The notes beneath the pieces were generated by a model, which was not told the origin of the DNA, did not search any database, and was given only the letters and a program-made list of their open reading frames with translations. Of a DNA stretch of 32,000 nucleotides, positions 26,098 to 32,000 are shown piece by piece. The translations under genes and the position numbers were made by a program. The stretch's first letter is position 1, and each line of letters begins with the position of its first letter. Source of the stretch: Halostella pelagica (lineage in GTDB: Archaea; Halobacteriota; Halobacteria; Halobacteriales; Natronoarchaeaceae); NCBI GenBank assembly GCA_005954745.1, contig CP040681.1, forward strand, positions 1-32,000, given 5' to 3'.

Positions 26098-27327
26098 ATG
26101 TTCCGGACAGTACGGGCCTCTCTGGGCGGTGGATCCGCCGGGCAGATGGAGGACCGGCTCCGACATCTGGCGCGTGACCGAGTCTTTCAACCGCTTCTTC
26201 CACACGCCTCGGAGACGATACTCGACGCGCTCTCCGACCGCCTCCTCGAATACGACGAACTCCGTACCGTCGCGGTCGAAGCGGGAACGTACTACCCGTT
26301 CGGCGAGTCCGAGGAACTGGAACTGACCCGCCCCGACACCGACGAACCGCCCCAGGGAAAGATCGCTGACCGCATCGGCACCTTCACTCTCCGGCAACCG
26401 TACGTCTGTGAGCTACCGAACTGCCGTCTGCTGGGCGCGTACCCCGTTCCCATCACTGAGCAAGGCGAGATCCCGGTCGAAGCGGTCGTCCGACCCGCGG
26501 TTCTCGTCCGGAACCTCCTCTGTTCCGGGGCCGACCTCGTGACGAATCCGGGGTCGGCCGTCGAGGGCGTGCGGACCGACGAGTCGCTCGGGACTGCCTG
26601 TCTGCTGTACAACTACTGGAGCAGCGGGTATTTCCACTGGACCTTCGAATCGCTCATCCGCCTCCAGGGCGTCGAACAGTATCAGGAGGCGACCGGCCGC
26701 GACGTGACGCTGGTCCTTGGTTCCGACCCGCCGGAGTGGCAGCGACAGACGCTCGAACTCCTCGGCTACGACGAGGACGACTGGATCACGTGGTCGACTC
26801 CGGACGTCCGGGTCGACAGGCTCGTCGTTCCGACGGTTCGCCGCGAGACGGTCCTCTCGCCGGCGGCCGTCGAGTGGCTTCACGACCGCGTCCGCGAGCG
26901 CGTGCTGTCCGACGCTGTTTCTCCCTCACCGGACGACTACCCGGACCGGATATACGTCTCTCGTGACGACGCCGACCGCCGCCGCGTCGACAACGAGGAC
27001 GAGGTGATGTCGCTTCTCGAAGACCACGGGTTCTCTCGGTTCGTCCTCTCGGACCTCTCCGTCCCCGAGCAGGCGGCGCTGTTTAGCGGTGCCGACGTGA
27101 TCGTCGCTCCACACGGCGCGAACCTTACGAACATGACCTACGCGGACGACGCCACCGTCGTCGAACTGTTCCGCGACGGCGACGTTCGCGGGCAGTACTT
27201 CCAGATCGCCGAGATACTTGACTTCGAATACCGCTTCCACGTCGCTGAGCCGGTCGGACCGGACATGCTCGTCGACCTCGACGACTTGCGTCGCTCGCTC
27301 GACGCGATAGCGGTGTCGTCCCGGTAA
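26098..27327 (+). CDS. glycosyltransferase family 61 (DUF563) protein
   Basis: 409 aa; YNYWSSGYFHWTFESLIRLQ, IYVSRDDADRRRVDNEDEVMSLLEDHGFSRFVLSDLSVPEQAALFSGADVIVAPHGANLTNMTYADDATVVELF. Confidence 0.88.
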   Translation: MFRTVRASLGGGSAGQMEDRLRHLARDRVFQPLLPHASETILDALSDRLLEYDELRTVAVEAGTYYPFGESEELELTRPDTDEPPQGKIADRIGTFTLRQPYVCELPNCRLLGAYPVPITEQGEIPVEAVVRPAVLVRNLLCSGADLVTNPGSAVEGVRTDESLGTACLLYNYWSSGYFHWTFESLIRLQGVEQYQEATGRDVTLVLGSDPPEWQRQTLELLGYDEDDWITWSTPDVRVDRLVVPTVRRETVLSPAAVEWLHDRVRERVLSDAVSPSPDDYPDRIYVSRDDADRRRVDNEDEVMSLLEDHGFSRFVLSDLSVPEQAALFSGADVIVAPHGANLTNMTYADDATVVELFRDGDVRGQYFQIAEILDFEYRFHVAEPVGPDMLVDLDDLRRSLDAIAVSSR

Positions 27328-27391
27328 AGAGCGGGTTCTCGTACAAAGTGTCCTTCTTCGGGGCGAACCCTCGTCCCGCCTCTACCGAAGT

Positions 27392-28921
27392 TCACCGCTC
27401 GGATGGGACGAACCGCCAGATGAAAGGCAACGTGATCCCGAGCGCGTCCTCGATGAGTTCGAGCGGCAGTTTGTCCTCCGGCTGGAGACAGCCCGTGACC
27501 GAGACGAGACCGACCGAGACGATGCCGATCACGGCAGGCACCAGCGGAAGCGTGACGTACGTGAGCGAAACGACTGTCGACGCGGCTATCGCCGCGGGGA
27601 GGACGGTCAGCGGGAGGACGAGAAACGTCCGCTGGACCCACTTCGAGAACGGCGATATCCCGAACAGCCCCCGCAACACCACGTACTGAACGACGTTGAG
27701 CAGGGTGTACGACGCGGCCGAGGCGATCGCGGCACCCAGGAACCCGTACATCGGGATCAACAGGAGGTTGAGGACGATGTTGAGCGTGAACGCGAAGACG
27801 TTCGCGAGCAGGATGTAGTTCGTGTATCCGAGGGCGGAGAGCGTATCCAGACTGCGGCCGTACGCCGCCTGGACGAAAAACCCGGACGACAGGATTATAA
27901 GCGCCAGCGACGCCTGCGCGTACTCCTCGCCGAACACGAGCGTCAGCATATCGCTGGGAAACGCCACGAACGTCACGAACAGCGGAAACGTGACGATGAA
28001 TATCCACTTGGTCGTGACCTTGTAGATCTCGTTTATCTCCTGGGTCTTGTCGTCGACGTCGAGCCTGGACGCAAGCGGCAGGTAGAGGAACCCGAACGAC
28101 GCGAGGATAACCGGAAGGCCGTTCGCGAGCGGGTACGCCGCGCTGTACAGCGCCACCTGATGGGACGATCGGAAAAATCCCAGCATGACCGTGTCCGCCT
28201 TCGTCAGCAACAGCGTCAGGAGCGTAGAGAGAACCAGCGGTGCCGAGAAGGTCAGCATCTCTCGCGTGTGCGTTCTGAACGGACCGAACAGCGGGAACAG
28301 CCGGTTCAACAGGTAGTGGGCGGCGATGAGCGCGCCGATGGCCGCGGCGAGATACGCGTAGCCCGCGGCGACGATGCCGTACCCGGCGTACAGCAACCCG
28401 ACGACGAGGAGGATCCGCATGCCGCGATAGATAATATCGTACGAGTAGGTCCGATAGATCGTGTTCTCGAGTCCCCGGATCGCTCCGACCGTCACCTTCA
28501 GTCCGACGACGAACGGGATCGCGGCCACGAAGACGAGCAGGAGTCCGCGCGACCTCGCCTGGTCGAACAGGAGCTGGTGCGTCTCGTCGAGGAAGACGAC
28601 GAGCGCGGCCGTGAGCAAGAGAGCGAGCGTGATCGCGATGACGAGGCCGGTGATCCACACGCCGCGAACGTCGCGGTCGTCCTCGAAGCGGGAGACGTAT
28701 CGCGCGATCCCCTGGTCGAGTCCGACCAATCCGACCGTCACGCTGATGCTCATGACCGCGATCCCGAGGCTGACCTCGCCGTACGCGTCTGTCGTCAGCA
28801 CTCTGGCAATGAATATGCGTTCGACGAGCTTCGACACCGACCCCAGAACGCTCCCGAAAAACACCAGCGTCGCGCTCGACAACAGTGACGAAAGGTCACT
28901 CTCCTCGACGGACATCGTCAT
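27392..28921 (-). CDS. Wzx-type polysaccharide/oligosaccharide flippase (MATE-like, AglR/RfbX family)
   Basis: tracked ORF 27392..28966; start likely ATG 28921 or 28915 (MTMSVEESDLSSLLSSATLVFFGSVLGSVSKLVERIFIARVLTTDAYGEVSLGIAV); many TM segments. Confidence 0.9.
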   Translation of the reverse strand: MTMSVEESDLSSLLSSATLVFFGSVLGSVSKLVERIFIARVLTTDAYGEVSLGIAVMSISVTVGLVGLDQGIARYVSRFEDDRDVRGVWITGLVIAITLALLLTAALVVFLDETHQLLFDQARSRGLLLVFVAAIPFVVGLKVTVGAIRGLENTIYRTYSYDIIYRGMRILLVVGLLYAGYGIVAAGYAYLAAAIGALIAAHYLLNRLFPLFGPFRTHTREMLTFSAPLVLSTLLTLLLTKADTVMLGFFRSSHQVALYSAAYPLANGLPVILASFGFLYLPLASRLDVDDKTQEINEIYKVTTKWIFIVTFPLFVTFVAFPSDMLTLVFGEEYAQASLALIILSSGFFVQAAYGRSLDTLSALGYTNYILLANVFAFTLNIVLNLLLIPMYGFLGAAIASAASYTLLNVVQYVVLRGLFGISPFSKWVQRTFLVLPLTVLPAAIAASTVVSLTYVTLPLVPAVIGIVSVGLVSVTGCLQPEDKLPLELIEDALGITLPFIWRFVPSER

Positions 28922-29295
28922 CAGTCGGTGTAGCCGAACTGTTTCCCACGACGAGACTATACGCACGCCCGGACGAACGACACTGACCGTCGGAGGGCTC
29001 CATTTATCGACTACAGCGCCTCGCCGGGTTTCGTTATACTGTACCTACCGCAGCCGTCGACGCGACGGGATAACGGGCACCCGACTCGGAGGCGACTGCA
29101 CCGCCAATGGACGACAGACGGCCTGCTCCGGAGCGCGTGGCGGGACGCATCAGTAGGGGGTCGAGAGCCGGTGACAGAGGATGGAGGTGGGGTTGCGTCA
29201 GCAGGGGAGGAGAGAACCGGTGGTAGAGGGTGGAGGGTGGGTTGCGTCAGCGAGGGAGTTGACTGCGTAGCTGAGTTAGACCGTGTAGACCGTTT

Positions 29296-29529
29296 CTACA
29301 CGCTTTCGACGAGGTCGCAGACCGCATCCGGCTCCGCGACGATGAACGCTTCGTCTTTGATCATCTCCTCGTCGTTCGGGAGGAACATGAGCTGTTCCCC
29401 TTCGGCGTTCCGTGCTTCGACCATCTCCCAGTTGTCGAGTTCGTACCCGAGGTCGTCCTCGAGGTCCGGGTCTTCCGCCTTCTGTGCCCACTCCGACCGC
29501 GTGGGGTGCGTTTTTTCGGTGTAGCTCAT
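29296..29529 (-). CDS. small acidic hypothetical protein
   Basis: 77-aa acidic ORF (MSYTEKTHPTRSEWAQKAEDPDLEDDLGYELDNWEMVEARNAEGEQLMFLPNDEEMIKDEAFIVAEPDAVCDLVESV) 10 nt downstream of the beta-helix gene, haloarchaeal composition. Confidence 0.65.
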   Translation of the reverse strand: MSYTEKTHPTRSEWAQKAEDPDLEDDLGYELDNWEMVEARNAEGEQLMFLPNDEEMIKDEAFIVAEPDAVCDLVESV

Positions 29530-29539
29530 TGTGGTCCCG

Positions 29540-32000
29540 TTACTGTTCCCCCTCGAAGTCGACCGAGGCGTTCCCGTCGATGTAGAAGGTCTTCACTGAC
29601 CCGTCGAAGGCGTAGCTGTCTTTCTTGCCGGGTTCAACGATACCGGACGCGGTTCCGCTCTCGACGGTGTCCCCGTCGTCGAGCGTCGCGCCGTTGGCCG
29701 TCGATTTTTCGATCGTACCGGTCATGGAGAACTGGTAGGTGGCCTCGGCGTCGCCGGCGTCGACGGTGATCGTGTTCGGGAGCGACGACCCGGTCGCTCC
29801 GAGTTCGGCGGGATCGACTTCCTCGCCGTCCACGATGACCGTCGCGTCGCTGTCGATGTCGAACGACGTGATGTCGCCCGAGAACGCGAAGCTGTCGATG
29901 CCGCCCCAGACGTACCCGCTCGCGGAGCTACCGTCGATCTGGTCGCCGCCGGAGGAGTTGATCCCCCACTGGTCGTCGGACGGTGCGAGGTCACCGCTGA
30001 CGGAGAACTCGTAGTTGGCCTTGCCGGAGTCGCCGTAGATGATGAGAGAACGCTCCGGGTTCGACGCGCCGTCGTCCGATCCGCTCGAACCGAGGTCGTC
30101 GGGGGTGACTTCCTTGCCGTCGAGGACGAGCGTCGCGTCGTTGTCGATCGTGAACGACGTGACTCCGCCTTCGAACTGGTAGCTGTCGATGCCGCCCCAG
30201 ACGTATCCGCTTGCGGTAGTGCCGTCTACCGCGTCGCTGTCGTCGATCGTCGCGTTGTTCGCCGTCGTTTGTTCGAGGTTGCTCTCGACGGAGAACTCGT
30301 AGTTAGCCTCGCCGGCGTCGCCGACGATCGTCAGCGTGTGCTGGTCGGCGTTCGTCGAGTCGCCGTCGTCAGAGGAGGAGTCGTCCTCCGTGCCGAGGCT
30401 GTCCGCGCTGACGTTCTCTCCGTTGAGCGTGATCGTCGCGTCGTTGTCGATGGTGAACGACGATACGTCGCCTTCGAACCCGTAGCTGTCCTTGCCGCCC
30501 CAGACGGACCCGCTCGCGGTGCTCCCGTCGATGAGGTCGTCATCGTCGGTCGTCGCTCCGTTCGCAGTGAGCTTCTGGAGGTCGTCGCTACTGACGGCGA
30601 ACTCGTAGTTGGCCTCGCCCGAGTCACCGTAGATCGTCAGGACGTTTCCTGGAAAGGGTTCGCTATCGTCTCCGGAGGGTGTGTCCTCGTATTCGCCGCT
30701 GGTCGTGTTCTCGATGTTCGGGGCCGGACAGGAGTCCCCGTTGGTGATGTTGCTGGTGTCGGCGCTCGAACTCTGGAGGTCGACCGCTTGACCGCTGACG
30801 TTGATGTTCGTATCGGCGATCTCGCAGTTGTCCGCGTCGAGGATCTGCACGCCAGTCCGGTTCGAACCCTTCTGCTGGATGCAGGAGTTTCGAACTTCGG
30901 ACCCGTCGCCGCCCATTAGCTGCACTGCGGCACCGCCGTTCGCGTTCCCGGTGACCTGCACGTTCTCCATCCGCGTCCAGTGCGGTTCGGGGGGCGTATC
31001 CTGGTCTTTCCGCCACGGGATGTTGCCGGGACGGTCCCGCCGGATCGCGGGGGTGCCGTCTACGTCACACCGCACGCGCGTGTTCTTGATGAGGAGGCTC
31101 CGTCCCTGCGGGCCGTGTTCGATGACGGACTGGAGGAGCGGCGACGACTTCGCCCACAAGTCGCAGTCCCGGACTTCCGCACCGGCGGGGATCCGCCAGT
31201 CGCTCGTCTGCGACATCTTTGCCTGCTCGACGATAATGCCGCGCGGGTTGAAACTGCCCGTCGAGATGGGGCGCGGGCCGGTGTAGTTGTCCACGTCGGT
31301 GACTATCTCGCAGTTCTCGACGTAGCTACCGTCGCCGCTGATCCGAACGCCGCAGACGTTGTTGTTCTCGAAGTAACTGTCCTCGACCTGGACCTTCATC
31401 TTCGTCCTGCTCGCGTAGATGCCGTTGTTACCGAACTCTCTGAAGTCGAGGTTCTGACATTTAAGTGTACCCTGACCGACAGCACCCCAGATCCCGACGC
31501 GGCCGTTGCCGCCCTTGTATTTCCCGATCCGGGAGCCCTTTTTCGCAGTGATGTTCCGAATGACTCCGACGCCGTCCGCGTTTCGGACGCCGGCGAGGAA
31601 CGCGTACGCCGTTCGAGATCCGCTGTGCATTCCGCGTCCGATTATCTCCATGTCTTCGATGTGGAACCGGTTGTCCACGACGAAGCGAATACTACACGTC
31701 GTGTTGTCCGCGCGCAGGTCGATGTCGATGCCCTCGACGAGCAGGTTGTCGCTGCTACCTCGGAGCCCGGTGTCGAGTAAGGGGTTGTTAAACCCGTTCG
31801 GCGGACGGAACTTCACGTCGCCTTCGCCGACGAAGCCGACTCGGTCCGGCATGTCGTACGAACCGCCGAACTGGTAGGTTCCCTCTGGGAAGCGAACGAG
31901 CGTTCCGGACTGGACCTTGTTTGCGAGCGTTCCCTCGACGTTCCCGTTTCCGTTGGGGTCGAGACCCAGGTCGTCGACGGCGTCGACGACGCGGTCGAAC
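29540..32000 (-). CDS. right-handed parallel beta-helix surface protein with four tandem C-terminal repeat domains (partial, 5' end outside window)
   Basis: tracked ORF 29540..31852 continues open upstream (FDRVVDAVDDLGLDPNGNGNVEGTLANKVQSGTLVRFPEGTYQFGGSYDMPDR) to window edge; parallel beta-helix coils (LKCQNLDFREFGNNGIYASRTKMKVQVEDSYFENNNVCGVRISGDGSYVENCEI). Confidence 0.85.
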   Translation of the reverse strand, partial: FDRVVDAVDDLGLDPNGNGNVEGTLANKVQSGTLVRFPEGTYQFGGSYDMPDRVGFVGEGDVKFRPPNGFNNPLLDTGLRGSSDNLLVEGIDIDLRADNTTCSIRFVVDNRFHIEDMEIIGRGMHSGSRTAYAFLAGVRNADGVGVIRNITAKKGSRIGKYKGGNGRVGIWGAVGQGTLKCQNLDFREFGNNGIYASRTKMKVQVEDSYFENNNVCGVRISGDGSYVENCEIVTDVDNYTGPRPISTGSFNPRGIIVEQAKMSQTSDWRIPAGAEVRDCDLWAKSSPLLQSVIEHGPQGRSLLIKNTRVRCDVDGTPAIRRDRPGNIPWRKDQDTPPEPHWTRMENVQVTGNANGGAAVQLMGGDGSEVRNSCIQQKGSNRTGVQILDADNCEIADTNINVSGQAVDLQSSSADTSNITNGDSCPAPNIENTTSGEYEDTPSGDDSEPFPGNVLTIYGDSGEANYEFAVSSDDLQKLTANGATTDDDDLIDGSTASGSVWGGKDSYGFEGDVSSFTIDNDATITLNGENVSADSLGTEDDSSSDDGDSTNADQHTLTIVGDAGEANYEFSVESNLEQTTANNATIDDSDAVDGTTASGYVWGGIDSYQFEGGVTSFTIDNDATLVLDGKEVTPDDLGSSGSDDGASNPERSLIIYGDSGKANYEFSVSGDLAPSDDQWGINSSGGDQIDGSSASGYVWGGIDSFAFSGDITSFDIDSDATVIVDGEEVDPAELGATGSSLPNTITVDAGDAEATYQFSMTGTIEKSTANGATLDDGDTVESGTASGIVEPGKKDSYAFDGSVKTFYIDGNASVDFEGEQ
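29543..30646 (-). repeat. four tandem divergent ~80-100-aa protein domain repeats
   Basis: each unit: (L/I)TIxGDxGxAxYxFxV...TANxATxDDxDxxDGxTASGxVWGGxDSYxFxGxVxSFxIDxDAxxxxxGxxVxxxxLG; units at about 30341-30646, 30053-30340, 29777-30052, 29543-29776. Confidence 0.9.

Noticed and set aside
27138-28658. 506-aa minus-strand ORF
   Set aside because: Overlaps both the GT61 gene and the flippase gene; the translation is Arg/Pro/His-rich (basic), opposite to the acidic haloarchaeal proteome. Typical shadow ORF of high-GC coding DNA.
1-32000. CRISPR array, transposase, toxin-antitoxin or defence system
   Set aside because: No regularly spaced near-identical repeats, no transposase or Cas motifs, and no terminal inverted repeats were seen; the region is instead explained by glycan biosynthesis genes.

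Overview
This is a GC-rich, acidic-proteome haloarchaeal window dominated by a surface-polysaccharide / S-layer glycan biosynthesis locus. The left edge has a small zinc-ribbon ORF, a DUF1616-type membrane protein and a YdjM-like membrane metal-dependent hydrolase. Next come two minus-strand genes (FemAB/GNAT-like and alkaline-phosphatase superfamily) separated by a degenerate 27-nt tandem repeat, then a DUF7344-type HTH regulator. The core is a tightly packed 8-gene plus-strand operon (6451-14474). It carries what looks like a complete WbpA/B/D/E/I-type set: left-handed beta-helix acetyltransferase, DegT aminotransferase, Gfo/Idh oxidoreductase, nucleotide-sugar 6-dehydrogenase and UDP-GlcNAc 2-epimerase. 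This predicts a UDP-2,3-diacetamido-2,3-dideoxy-uronic acid. The operon also has a GT2, a polysaccharide deacetylase-like protein and a second FemAB-like protein. Downstream are a PKD-containing secreted protein with a variant PGF-CTERM-like tail, a DUF354 glycosyltransferase, an uncharacterised alpha/alpha-toroid-like protein, a GT4, a second alkaline-phosphatase-fold protein, a polytopic membrane protein (Wzy/GT-C candidate), an RmlA-like nucleotidyltransferase, a UXS-like epimerase, a GT61 and a Wzx-like flippase. The right edge has a partial beta-helix protein with four tandem C-terminal ~80-aa domains. No tRNA, rRNA, CRISPR array or transposase was seen. All family assignments are from reading the translations, not from database searches.
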